64,000 nucleotides of DNA from Nematocida ausubeli. Its lineage: Eukaryota. The translations under genes were made by a program, and so were the position numbers. The stretch is from NCBI RefSeq assembly GCF_000738915.1, contig NW_026515634.1:475156-539155 (forward strand). Reading direction: 5' to 3'. The notes below the pieces were generated by a model, which searched no databases, was not told where the DNA came from, and saw nothing but the letters and a program-made list of their open reading frames with translations. Shown piece by piece: positions 1 through 10,569 of the stretch. The first letter of the stretch is position 1. Every line of letters starts with the position of its first letter.

Positions 1-215
1 AGATAGCTAGTTGCCTGGCTAAATATTTTAACAAATTTTTATTAGACTACTTCCGGTTATATTAAACCAGTATTTTATAGGGCAAAAATGGTTTGTCAGT
101 TTTATTTTTCAATTGGCCTATATATTTCAGTTATTTGTTGCTTTCACTAAATGAAATCAACCAATTTTTTACAGTCTATAAATAGAAAATATTTTCAGAG
201 TTAATTAAAGAAATA

Positions 216-1937
216 ATGGCTTACTCAAAAGAAGAAAGAAAAAAGAGAATAAGGAATCTTATAATAATTGGAGTAGTAATAGGGGCGGTAACTTCCGTGC
301 TCACCGGTGCATACGTAATGGGATACATAGGAAATGACAAGGGAAAGTCTAAAAAAGAAAAAGTCAGCGAAAAGAAAAGAACTACCACAATGCAAATGGC
401 AGATCAGAGAGAGCCCCAGACTCTAGAGTCTCTTCTTATTTGGACGGCGTATAGGGCAGGAAATAACAGCTTTTTAGCAAGGCCAAAGCTGAATCTTGAT
501 GTTCATGATAAGATCACAGTGGACAGCGAGATAGAGACAGTCACGCATATTAGTAAGATGGAGAGTGCAATAGAAACTCTTTTAGGCGAATATAAGAAAT
601 ATGCCGACAAAAATCCTAAAAAAAGGCTGCCTATAGTTATACACAATGTTATTAAGAAAAACTACCACCTACGATACATACTTTCAATACAGAGAGACCC
701 AATGGAAGCATTGAAGACACTTAACCTGCTAGATAAAAATAACAAGTGTTCTGAAAATAGTATAAAAAATGCATTGAATTGGCTTCTAAAGGGCCATGAA
801 GAAGGCACTATAAGCAAATTCAAAGAAGTACTTGAGATGGACATGGACAAATGCCCAATAGAAAACGATATATATAAGATGGTAGAGGTGCTGCTTAAAG
901 TTGTGGTTAGCAGTCCATTTGTAGCGACTCGCCGGCGAGGACTAAAGAACAAGCAGTCTCTTATTTTTATCCTGAGGGAAATATTGTCGGACATGAAAAA
1001 TCTGAAGTCATACATAAGTCTAAAGAACCAATCTAAGGGGATAATTTCCATGGCAAGGGGAAACACAACAGAAAGTATTAAAAAGCAGATTGAGAAAATA
1101 GAAATGTATAGACAGCGACTTTTAAATAACCATATGACAGAGGAAGAAATCACCCTAGCCTCCATGGTTTCATTGGTGGGGCATGTACAGAGAGCAGCTA
1201 ATATTGACAATGAGTCGTATTTCATAGATCTTGTTCAAAATATAAAGGCAGTTAAAAAGATGAAAGCATTCAACACGCTTTCTAACAAATCAGAAAAGAC
1301 CGGAGAGTCAGGAGAAGAGTACGTTAAATTCTTTATTGAATTTATCAAGAACTACATAGCAATGCATTCAACCAAAAAGAGTGCAGGTATATTCACTAAA
1401 TACTTAGAGCAGCATGCAGAAGATATAGACAGATATGTAAATCCAGCTAAAGCAGGAACTAACCCAGAGATCAAAAGTTTAGGAACGCTGCTGAATATTT
1501 CAACGAAGAAAATTCAAGAAATTGAAGAAATTTCTAATTTCACAGACCGGCTAATTACACTAATCTGCCTAGAGACGGACTATATGATGGGAAAAAACAG
1601 AGACAGATATATTCTATACGAGATATTAAACTGCTATAGGGAGTTAATGGCAACAGAAGTTAAATATATAAAGGAAGAGGACAGAATAGCCAAACGGTTG
1701 ATGAACAGTAGTATGATGAAGAACTTCATGAATGTTGAGAAAGTGCAGAATCAAAAGCTATACGCTGCTAATAAGGAAGGTGTATGGTGCATTTTCCCTG
1801 AGAATTTTAAAAAGGATTCAGATGATATAAGCACCATTTCAAGAGCACTTGAGCATCAAGCAGCTAATCTTAGTATGTCTATGCTTATATTTGACGTTTT
1901 AGACAAAAAAACCAAAGAACCTGAGAAAAATGAATAA
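216..1937 (+). CDS. Lineage-specific protein with N-terminal signal anchor (candidate secreted/host-exposed protein)
   Basis: 573-aa ORF. A basic N-terminus is followed by one hydrophobic segment (LIIIGVVIGAVTSVLTGAYVMGYIG). No domain recognised. AATAAA overlaps the stop codon. Confidence 0.7.
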   Translation: MAYSKEERKKRIRNLIIIGVVIGAVTSVLTGAYVMGYIGNDKGKSKKEKVSEKKRTTTMQMADQREPQTLESLLIWTAYRAGNNSFLARPKLNLDVHDKITVDSEIETVTHISKMESAIETLLGEYKKYADKNPKKRLPIVIHNVIKKNYHLRYILSIQRDPMEALKTLNLLDKNNKCSENSIKNALNWLLKGHEEGTISKFKEVLEMDMDKCPIENDIYKMVEVLLKVVVSSPFVATRRRGLKNKQSLIFILREILSDMKNLKSYISLKNQSKGIISMARGNTTESIKKQIEKIEMYRQRLLNNHMTEEEITLASMVSLVGHVQRAANIDNESYFIDLVQNIKAVKKMKAFNTLSNKSEKTGESGEEYVKFFIEFIKNYIAMHSTKKSAGIFTKYLEQHAEDIDRYVNPAKAGTNPEIKSLGTLLNISTKKIQEIEEISNFTDRLITLICLETDYMMGKNRDRYILYEILNCYRELMATEVKYIKEEDRIAKRLMNSSMMKNFMNVEKVQNQKLYAANKEGVWCIFPENFKKDSDDISTISRALEHQAANLSMSMLIFDVLDKKTKEPEKNE

Positions 1938-2469
1938 AATAGCACACTATTATAGAATACTAAGTGAGACTTAAGTACATAAAACTCAATATCTGGGATT
2001 AGGAATAAACATACTGCATAGGAAAAGTCGCAGCACGCAAGTTACATAATATATATAATGTACTGAATGCTAATGAACGTGTTTGGATTAATGCAGCCAT
2101 TATATAGTTTTATTTGAAAGTGCTATTGTATAAGAATTCAATTTAGTTTTTGGAAACTTATAACTTCAATAAATATTAAAGTTTCATACCAGTATAGTAG
2201 ACCCATTAAATAATGCGCGACTAGAAAGAAAACATAAGAGAGGCATCTATTTCTTTGCCTTTTAAAGTACACATACCTCTTAAAAATGCACTTAAAGTGA
2301 CAAGTTTCTAGTACATATGCTTTATTAAATATTTTGGGCATTCTTGTTGTAATAAGCGTATTTAGCTTGAATATGCATGTGTTGCTATGTGATATATGCC
2401 TTCAGGGAAAATCAAATTGAACCGTACTTGAGAATGCCGTAGATACAGCTGCATGCAGATATGTGTAAA

Positions 2470-2727
2470 TTATGCTTCATTTGTAAATACATAAAACTTA
2501 AGACCATCCACTTTCACAACGCCATGTGCTGTGTCTGTTCTGGGTTTACTCTTAATAATAGCAAGTGAAACCAGCTGATTCTTTTCCGTAACGTATAAAT
2601 ATTTCCCAATCCTTCTGGCATTTTTAAGATTAATGGCCTTGCGTGCTGGCTGCATGCACTTAAGAAAGTACTCTTCCTCTGTATTGGTCTTGCCTATTAG
2701 CTGCTTTGCAAAATTAAACCCATCCAT
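2470..2727 (-). CDS. Small hypothetical protein (85 aa from MDGFNF)
   Basis: Stand-alone ORF with protein-like composition; the ATG is preceded by the A/T tract AAAATATTTT. No family recognised. Confidence 0.45.
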   Translation of the reverse strand: MDGFNFAKQLIGKTNTEEEYFLKCMQPARKAINLKNARRIGKYLYVTEKNQLVSLAIIKSKPRTDTAHGVVKVDGLKFYVFTNEA

Positions 2728-3628
2728 AAAATATTTTGAACTCATGCATATAATCCTCAGCATATACCTGCATTTTAGCTAGAAGTGTCTGCAGGATGGT
2801 ATAATCAGAAAAAGCATTTTGTCGCAGGATTATATAATAACTTAGATACTTGCAAGTACTTAACCATATATATACAGACCACTGCAGATATTTGGTAGAA
2901 TTTATGAGTAAGCAATGACCTACTACTTTTATAATGTCTTGTTATACAGACCATGCAAAGAAGCCGCACAAGAATAAAGAGATTCTTAGAATATACAGCC
3001 CACTTATCACTCTTAAATTCCATAGAATATAGGCTGTAATGGATAGTTAGACCAGTTCAACCAATTATAGAATATTAGTGAAAATAGGAAAATACTGTGC
3101 ATAAAGAGCTATTAAGAGCTTAAACATTCTGAATAGTTTAAATATTTCAACACAGCATAAAAATTAGTACAGTGCAATTAAATGCTCTTCTCGTACAGGA
3201 ATACAAAGTTATGTTCTTATAGGAAACACTGCTTATTTTTGTTGCATAGTATCTTAATGGTGCAATATTCCTAAAATACAGTTGTTTACAATAGACCAAT
3301 ATATTCTAGTAAGAAAAGGCAATAGAGTATGACCAATTAAAGCAGAAACCAAGAAAGAGAAGTAATTCATAATATATAGAAATTATGTCAGCATCAATAC
3401 ATTGAATGGCTTGCTTTCTTCTACCACGCAGATTTCTCAATTATATAACTGTACATATACTTGTACTCTTTAATAGCACATAATAAAAGTGTATAAAGAA
3501 AATAGGCCTCTAGGGCATCTGTCTGTGCAGTGTAGCATTAAAAAAGCACATGTAAGATACAGATACGTACACCTATGATTGCCGTTATATTCCTATTATA
3601 ATAAGTTGGTTTCTGGAAAAATTTTATC

Positions 3629-4744
3629 ATGCAGGAAAGCGCAAAGAATGAAACATACAATAAGCAGCACAGAGTTATTGCCACAAACATGCCATTCAAT
3701 ATATCTGACGAGGATATTCTGAAGCACTTTAATGGAGCAGTTAGTTTGGAGAGACACGCTAAGAAGGGCGTGGCAACCGGGGCTGTATTCATCCAGTGCG
3801 CCAACACAACTGATGTTAACAGATTTATAAAAACACTCGATGGGTCAAAATTAGCAGGAAGAGAGATCAGAGTGGCACAGCTGGAGGACAGAGAGGTATA
3901 CAAAGCAAAGCAGAAGTTTGGCGATAATGAGGACGAGAATGCATACGGAAGACAGAAGAGAAAGGAGTATGAAGCCAACAAAGGCAGCGAGAGAAGAAAG
4001 CTTCCAGAGGGAGAAGAGAACAGAACTGTGTTCATTACAAACATCTCGTTCAAAGACACCGAGGAGGAGGTCAAGGAGGTCTTTGGAGCATTTGGAGAAG
4101 TAGAGCAGTGCACACTTGTTATGAACAGAGAAACCAATGCACCAACAGGAAGAGCATTTGTGCTTTTCAAGCACCAGGACAGCTGTAAAGAAGCTCTGCG
4201 CGAGCAGGTAACTCTGAACGACAGAGTGCTAGTTGTCTTAAAGTACGTATCTCCTGATGTATTGAAGCAGAGAGAGTCAGACCAGAAGGAAAAGGACTAC
4301 CAAAGAGAAAAGACAATCAAGGATAGACAGGAAGGAGTTTTAGAGCCCAGAGACCCATCCAAGATAAGCTCATGCAGAGTGCACATCTCGCACATGGACA
4401 AGAAGCACACGCGAAAGTCTATCTCCAAGGTAATTGAAAACTACTTTGAAAAACTGCACGGAAAAAAGCTGAAGCTGCGAGGTGTCAACTTGACATCAAA
4501 CAGTGCAAAGAGGAACCCAGGATATTGCTTTATAACCTTCAAGTTCCCTGAAGACGCACAGCTCTTCTTGGAAAGCCAGGGAAAGATGCGAAGAGAAATC
4601 GGAGGGAAAATGACTGCAGAGTATGCAATGGAGAGCAAAGAGTTCCAGGAGAGGGGAATCAAAAAAAAGCCATCCAAGGAGGACAGAATAGAAAAGAGGA
4701 ACAGAAAAGAAAGAGAGTCTCAGAGGAGGGAAGAAAGGGCATAA
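3629..4744 (+). CDS. Multi-RRM nucleolar RNA-binding protein (Nop4/RBM28-like)
   Basis: Three RRM-like regions with RNP motifs (RTVFITNISF, TGRAFVLF, PGYCFITF) and basic/acidic linkers. Confidence 0.8.
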   Translation: MQESAKNETYNKQHRVIATNMPFNISDEDILKHFNGAVSLERHAKKGVATGAVFIQCANTTDVNRFIKTLDGSKLAGREIRVAQLEDREVYKAKQKFGDNEDENAYGRQKRKEYEANKGSERRKLPEGEENRTVFITNISFKDTEEEVKEVFGAFGEVEQCTLVMNRETNAPTGRAFVLFKHQDSCKEALREQVTLNDRVLVVLKYVSPDVLKQRESDQKEKDYQREKTIKDRQEGVLEPRDPSKISSCRVHISHMDKKHTRKSISKVIENYFEKLHGKKLKLRGVNLTSNSAKRNPGYCFITFKFPEDAQLFLESQGKMRREIGGKMTAEYAMESKEFQERGIKKKPSKEDRIEKRNRKERESQRREERA

Positions 4745-4845
4745 GTGCGTAATATTGCAGTGCGTCTAAACAGATCCAATAAATTCTTTATTATTTATGC
4801 TACCGTTTAACTAGCTTATTACTTAAACAGTTGAAGTAGGCTGTT

Positions 4846-5088
4846 CTATGCTTTTTTTATTTTTTCTAGCTCTGCCTTTGTTTTCTTGAGAATTGTGTGT
4901 GTGCTGTCAAGTGCCTGCTTTGTTTCTTCATATCTCTGTGCTATCATTTTCAGTAGATAGCAGTCATTCTTTCCTGCTTCCTCTTTTTCCTTTTCCTGCT
5001 GAATTTCAGATAGTTCTTTTTCATATGCTTTGATGTCGTTCTCAAGTCTTTTAATTGACTGTTCTTTTATGCGCACTTGTTTATCCAT
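4846..5088 (-). CDS. RBL2: Tubulin-binding cofactor A (Rbl2/TBCA)
   Basis: 80 aa from MDKQVRIKEQSIKRLENDIKAYEKEL...DCYLLK; matches the helical TBCA pattern (IK...KRL..E...Y..E...D.Y.LK). Confidence 0.7.
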   Translation of the reverse strand: MDKQVRIKEQSIKRLENDIKAYEKELSEIQQEKEKEEAGKNDCYLLKMIAQRYEETKQALDSTHTILKKTKAELEKIKKA

Positions 5089-5492
5089 AAAAAATATAAG
5101 AAAACCATTCATATATCGTACAGTAAAGAATGCTTGATAGTCAGAATACATGCACTGCGCAGATGCATGGATATGAATAGCATAAAATAGTAGTTATCTG
5201 CTGAATGTCTAATTATTCTTTGCACTCAATGCTTGAATAATAATTCAGCATCTCTAGCCCACTCATAGGCTTTGTCTACTTCAATGAGGCAAAAATATAA
5301 GAAGATTACTGCAAGTGGAAAATGCATATTTAAAGAGTAATGTGCAGATGGATGCAAGCAATAATAGACACGCACTATAATAAATTCTCCTGTAATAGGA
5401 GAAACCATTCAGAACTGCTGTAAAAGATATGGAAAAGGCTTTTTAAGACACGGGTGCACATAAGAGAGAAAGATACAACCGATATGTTTATT

Positions 5493-6740
5493 TTAGTTGT
5501 ATGTCAGATATCTTGGGGTTGAAGAGAACTTTGCGTATCCCTTTATGACTTTTTCAACTGCCATTAAAAAGTCCTTCTCAGTTGCCACTTTTCTTCTCTC
5601 CCGGATGGCAAACATTCCTGCCTCCGTGCAGACACTGCGCAGCTCTGCTCCAGTGGCACTTGGGCAGAGTCTTGCAATCAGCTCATACCGAATATTCTTC
5701 TCTACGCTCATGGGCTTCGTGTGGATCTTAAGGATTGCAGCTCTTCCTGCTAGGTCTGGAAGAGAGAACTCCACCTTTCTGTCAAGTCTCCCAGGCCGGA
5801 GAAGCGCTGGGTCAAGGGTATCTGGTCTATTTGTGGCCATCAGGACCTTTATATTTCCACGCGACTCAAATCCGTCCAGCTGGTTAATCAGCTCCAACAT
5901 GGTTCGCTGCACCTCATTGTTTCCTCCGTCAAACCGGGTGCTTCCAAAGGCATCTACCTCGTCAAAGAAAATAATGCATGCCTTCTTTGACTTGGCAAGC
6001 TCAAAGAGTTCACGCACCATTCGTGCCCCTTCTCCCACGTATTTCTGCACAAGCTCTGACCCAATCACACGAATGAATGTGGCATTTGCGCTATTTGCCA
6101 CAGCTCGAGCACACAGAGTCTTTCCTGTTCCTGGTGGGCCGTACAGGAGCACTCCCTTAGGAGGGTCAATCCCTAGCTTAATGAACTTCTCTGGGCTAAT
6201 AAGAGGCATCTCCACTACCTCTCTTATTTTTTCAATCTGCTCTGTACATCCTCCTATATCTGAGTAGGTTATGTCAGGCTTTTCCTCAATCTGCATGAGC
6301 GTGACTGCATTGTCAATCTTGGCGGGAAGAGGCACCATAATCTGGTACTTTACTCTGTCCACTCCCACCCGAATACCCTCAGAAATATCCTCTCTGTTCA
6401 GTGTTTTGCTCCTTCCGACAATGAACTTTGCAATCTGCTTAATGTTTATCATGTACCTGTCTGTTCCTGCCGGGTCGTTCATGACCTTGCAGCATCTGGC
6501 AACCTGCAGGGTTTTCTCTGTCTTTGACCTCTGGGCGTCACTTGCAAGATTCCAAAGCATAGGAGGAGCCAGACCCGTCTCTACCTCGCGCAGACCTAGC
6601 TTGGCATTGACACGGCTGTACAAGTCCTTTACTTCCTTCTCCAGGCCGACTATCCTGCTTGTATAGTAGCCCTTTCCGTAGTTTGTTATTAATTCTACTT
6701 CGCTCTCTGTTAAGCTGTTCTCCTGGGCAGCACTGTTCAT
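5493..6740 (-). CDS. RPT1: 26S proteasome AAA ATPase subunit 7 (Rpt1/PSMC2)
   Basis: ETGLAPP, LQVARC, Walker A GPPGTGKT, Walker B IFFDEVD, and C-terminal [12 protein letters not shown]. Confidence 0.97.
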   Translation of the reverse strand: MNSAAQENSLTESEVELITNYGKGYYTSRIVGLEKEVKDLYSRVNAKLGLREVETGLAPPMLWNLASDAQRSKTEKTLQVARCCKVMNDPAGTDRYMINIKQIAKFIVGRSKTLNREDISEGIRVGVDRVKYQIMVPLPAKIDNAVTLMQIEEKPDITYSDIGGCTEQIEKIREVVEMPLISPEKFIKLGIDPPKGVLLYGPPGTGKTLCARAVANSANATFIRVIGSELVQKYVGEGARMVRELFELAKSKKACIIFFDEVDAFGSTRFDGGNNEVQRTMLELINQLDGFESRGNIKVLMATNRPDTLDPALLRPGRLDRKVEFSLPDLAGRAAILKIHTKPMSVEKNIRYELIARLCPSATGAELRSVCTEAGMFAIRERRKVATEKDFLMAVEKVIKGYAKFSSTPRYLTYN

Positions 6741-6861
6741 AAAATTGCAAACAAAACTCTGTCTACAATTTAATTTGCAGGAAATAAAAAGTACACCAAT
6801 CAGGAACTAGCAAATCATAAAGCATATAAAGTATATACAGAGAAAATAAAGGGGATTTATA

Positions 6862-9237
6862 ATGAAAAATAAAGAGAACAACCAAAAGACGGCGATGGCT
6901 GAAAAGCTAAAGAAGCAAATAGTATACGGGTGTGGAGGGGCTCTTTGCACAGGAATATTCTGCAAACTGTCTGATATTGAAGGAATTTCGGATGAAATAG
7001 TAGAGCTTCTTTTAGAGTACAATGATTACTTTACATGCGAGTCTCTGTATTTCGTCCATGGAAGGGCAGTTCACACAGCAAGAAAGGAGAATATGTACTA
7101 TAGTACTCGAATTGGTCTTCATCCAAACATGAGCACCACGCTTCTCCCGCGCGCAACTCAAATGAAAGTACAGAGGGTAGAAAGAAGCAGCCAATTCGCA
7201 ACACTAGCCATATCCCACATGAGTGTGGCCAAGGATGTGCTGAAGTACTTCTACACCTCTCTTAAGGCCCTTGGGCAGTCTTCCTACTCGTGCAGCCCCG
7301 TAATGAGCATGCATCTGAATTTTCCTCTTTCAGTCTCACAGTGCACCAGCAATGATCTACTAAAACCTTACACAGATGAAAACTCAAAAAAAGAATATTT
7401 AAAAATGGAGCTGGCACGAGTGATCCATAAAAAAAAGCACAAAACAACTGCAATCATGCTTCAGGGCCTATTCTACCATGAGTTAAACAAACTGAAGGCT
7501 GGATATTCGATAAACACAACCATCAGGATCGCAAAGCTGTTTAATGCAGTGAAGGAGAGCGTAAAATTCGAGAAGAAGTATTTCATTCGGTTCCTGGAGT
7601 CAATTGAGATGCTGTGCCAAACAAGCAAGACAGAGGATATTCTGTGCATGGAAGGATGCAACAAACTTCCGGGCGGGCTGAGCTACAAGAAAGTTCCAGA
7701 GTGCGGGTTCAAAGAGCACGAAGAGTTTCCTGTGCTTGCAAGATCCATTCCTGCAAAGGATATTTCCACCCGGGTGATTGAAGAGTGTCCCATTTGCGAC
7801 TCATCTCTGCAAGACTGCGAGTATCCGCACTGCGACTCGCTGTGCTATGCATCCAACAAGCTGTGTGTAAATGAGCTGATTGATCTGATAAAAAGCTTGA
7901 TCATTGTGATTGACAACACGAGTGTGGTGAACATGCGGGAGGGAACTCTTCTTCTGGCTATTCTAAAAAGTCTGAAGGGCCTGTACGAATTTTCTGTAGA
8001 AACAGGCCTTGTGCACCACTCAATGTTTGTGAATAGAAGGTTCTCGCGGCTGCTCAACTACAAGGCAGAGGTTCGGTACCATAAAGAAGGAAACCACAGT
8101 ATTTTTGACTTTCCCTTCATACTTGATATGCCCGCCAAGTCTGATTTAATCCAGATTGAGAACACAGACAGAATGAAGGCAGAGCTGCAGGACGCTTTTT
8201 TCCGGTCAATGTTTGAAGGGCAGCTTGATCCGTACTTGAATCTAGAGGTGGCCAGGGAGTCTGTTGTTCAGGACTCGCTTAAGCTGCTGGAGTCTCTTGA
8301 GGCAGGCACTGCGTGGAAGCAGCTAAAGATAAAGTTTATAGGAGAGGATGGAATTGACTCAGGAGGAATAAAAAAAGAGTTTTTCCAAATTCTCAGCCAG
8401 AAAACCCTTGGCGAGTGGGATATCTTCAGAGAAAGTGGCGGGTGCCTGTGGTTTAATTCATTCACAGAAGCAGAGCACGAGAAAAGAAAGACTCAGTACA
8501 AGATACTTGGAAGCATTTTGGGCTTGGCAGCATACAACGGAGCAGTTCTCTGTTTCTACTTTCCGCAGGTCTTTTACAAAATGCTTCTGGGATATGCAGG
8601 CACGTTTGAGGATCTAAAGATTGTTGAGCCTTCGATATATCAGACACTCAACGAGATAAAAAGCATGGAGCCAGAGGTGATCTCTGGGATGTCCCTGGAG
8701 TACACGGTCAATGGAGTCGTGCACGAGGTGACACACCACAACGTGGATGAGTTTATCAGTGTGTACTGTAAGGAAATTCTTGAAACCCGGCTTGAGTCAG
8801 CCTTCAGCCTGATCAAGGAAGGCCTTTGGCAGATATGCGGAAACACATTCATTCGGTCGCTGCTTCCATGCGAGCTGAGCACACTGATAGGAGGTGTAGA
8901 TTGCACAAACATGGAGGAGCTGGAGAGATACACAATATACAACGGGTACAGGCGCGACTCTTCCTTTGTTCAATCATTTTGGGAAATATTCAAGCAATAT
9001 GATATTACAATGCAACGGAAGTTTCTGCGATTTGTCACGGGAACTGACCGAGCACCATCAGGCGGACTAAGCAGAATGGCTCTTGTGTTTATGCGGAACG
9101 GCGGAGACACAGAAAGGCTTCCTTCTTCGCAGACATGTTTTAATACATTTCTTATTCCAGAGTACTCTGATAAGAGGAAGTTAAAAGAAAAGTTGGATCT
9201 TGCAATCAGCAATACAGAAGGGTTCTTTCTTCTTTAG
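6862..9237 (+). CDS. HECT E3 ubiquitin ligase, UBE3A/E6AP-like, with N-terminal AZUL-type Cys motif
   Basis: HECT motifs FIGEDGIDSGGIKKEFF, FLRFVTGTDR and RLPSSQTCFN (catalytic Cys), ending EGFFLL. N-terminal C-x4-C-x4-C-x24-C. Confidence 0.9.
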   Translation: MKNKENNQKTAMAEKLKKQIVYGCGGALCTGIFCKLSDIEGISDEIVELLLEYNDYFTCESLYFVHGRAVHTARKENMYYSTRIGLHPNMSTTLLPRATQMKVQRVERSSQFATLAISHMSVAKDVLKYFYTSLKALGQSSYSCSPVMSMHLNFPLSVSQCTSNDLLKPYTDENSKKEYLKMELARVIHKKKHKTTAIMLQGLFYHELNKLKAGYSINTTIRIAKLFNAVKESVKFEKKYFIRFLESIEMLCQTSKTEDILCMEGCNKLPGGLSYKKVPECGFKEHEEFPVLARSIPAKDISTRVIEECPICDSSLQDCEYPHCDSLCYASNKLCVNELIDLIKSLIIVIDNTSVVNMREGTLLLAILKSLKGLYEFSVETGLVHHSMFVNRRFSRLLNYKAEVRYHKEGNHSIFDFPFILDMPAKSDLIQIENTDRMKAELQDAFFRSMFEGQLDPYLNLEVARESVVQDSLKLLESLEAGTAWKQLKIKFIGEDGIDSGGIKKEFFQILSQKTLGEWDIFRESGGCLWFNSFTEAEHEKRKTQYKILGSILGLAAYNGAVLCFYFPQVFYKMLLGYAGTFEDLKIVEPSIYQTLNEIKSMEPEVISGMSLEYTVNGVVHEVTHHNVDEFISVYCKEILETRLESAFSLIKEGLWQICGNTFIRSLLPCELSTLIGGVDCTNMEELERYTIYNGYRRDSSFVQSFWEIFKQYDITMQRKFLRFVTGTDRAPSGGLSRMALVFMRNGGDTERLPSSQTCFNTFLIPEYSDKRKLKEKLDLAISNTEGFFLL

Positions 9238-9556
9238 GTATTTATAAATAAATGGCGTTACAGATTCAAATTATTTTTAAATTATTACCAGTACAAATAA
9301 GCATATAAATGAGTAAACTCTCTGCATGTCTATTTCACTACAGCCTAAAAAGACCTCACAGGAGGTTTTTAGTTGCTTTACTTTCAAGGCTTCAAGCTAA
9401 AATAACTAAATATTATGTTGGATTAGCTGTGTATTTTTGAGATGCAGCGTATCTTATAGATTTATTGTATAGACATGCAGATTCTCAAATGTTTGACTGA
9501 CCAGAATATACTTTTGTTATATGCAAATACTTTACTTGCTGAAAAATTTTCGGCAC

Positions 9557-9874
9557 ATGGGACTAACAAGAAAGAAAGACAAAACAAAGGCAAAGCTGTG
9601 CAAGGAGCGAGTTAAGTCGTTGGTGTTTGTGGAGGAGGAAAGAGAGACATACCTCAAAGCGCAAAAAAAGAGAAAAATAACGGCAAAAAAGCAGAAATAC
9701 TTGTTAATGGAGGAGCAGAAGAAAGAAGCGAAAAAAGAAAAGCGAAAAGAGTACCGAAGAAGAGAAGCTGACAGAGCAGAAATAGCACAAAGAGTGATTG
9801 AGGCCTCAATGCAAAAGGAAGAAGAAACAAAAGAGCGCATAGGAAATGCATATGTCACGATACGTGAGCTATAG
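9557..9874 (+). CDS. Rrp17/Nop25/NOL12-like ribosome biogenesis protein
   Basis: LVFVEEERETYLKAQKKRK resembles the Nop25-family motif F.EE.R.EYL.GF.KRK. Highly basic. Start taken at MGLTRK. Confidence 0.6.
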   Translation: MGLTRKKDKTKAKLCKERVKSLVFVEEERETYLKAQKKRKITAKKQKYLLMEEQKKEAKKEKRKEYRRREADRAEIAQRVIEASMQKEEETKERIGNAYVTIREL

Positions 9875-10569
9875 ACAAGACAGCCATCTTTATTCACATT
9901 CTAAGCAATACGGCTGTACGAAAATGCATAAAAATAGCTTTACACTGGTGTGCATAGAAAAGAAGATAGAACTTCTGTAAATGCAGGAACACAATCATAA
10001 TATGGCGTGCAATCGAGGGGACTACTGGGTTTTAATGCAAGGCATGCTACATCTTTAAACTGTACTTTAAAGCCCAGACAAATAGATAAGTAAAATGATT
10101 ATAATATTAGCTGTATTTCTTTAGAGATATCTGGGCATTCACTGCATGCTTCTTTTAGATGCTTTCTGTGTTGCAGTCATAGTGATATTCTATGTATGTC
10201 TAACCGACATCTGGCTGCATATGCATAGATCCTGGGTTTGCAATCAGAGTTTTCTATTAGTGTGGTTCTGTGCTATATCTGCATGAAATATAGCTGTTTG
10301 CTGTGCGCTATATATTTAATTTCAAGACCTTTTATTTAAAATGTCAAATTGTTGCTGAATTTGAAAAAGTATAACTTTTCTTATTTCTTCTTCTATGTAT
10401 TATAACTCTTGGAACTGTCTTTCACTCTAATAAACCCTTCTATCAACTGAGGCTTAAGAATGCATCAAAAAACACTTTATTATGCTGATCAGCAAGGATT
10501 GCATGTGACAGCCTGTCTATTTGCGCATACTGTTTTAATAACAAGATCAGCTGGGTGGTAGCACTCTGC

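Noticed and set aside
5226..5408. Short intergenic ORFs (5226-5408, 2138-2341, 2805-3023, 16637-16819, 40118-40342, 61655-61855)
   Set aside because: Their lengths are expected by chance, and I recognise no motifs.
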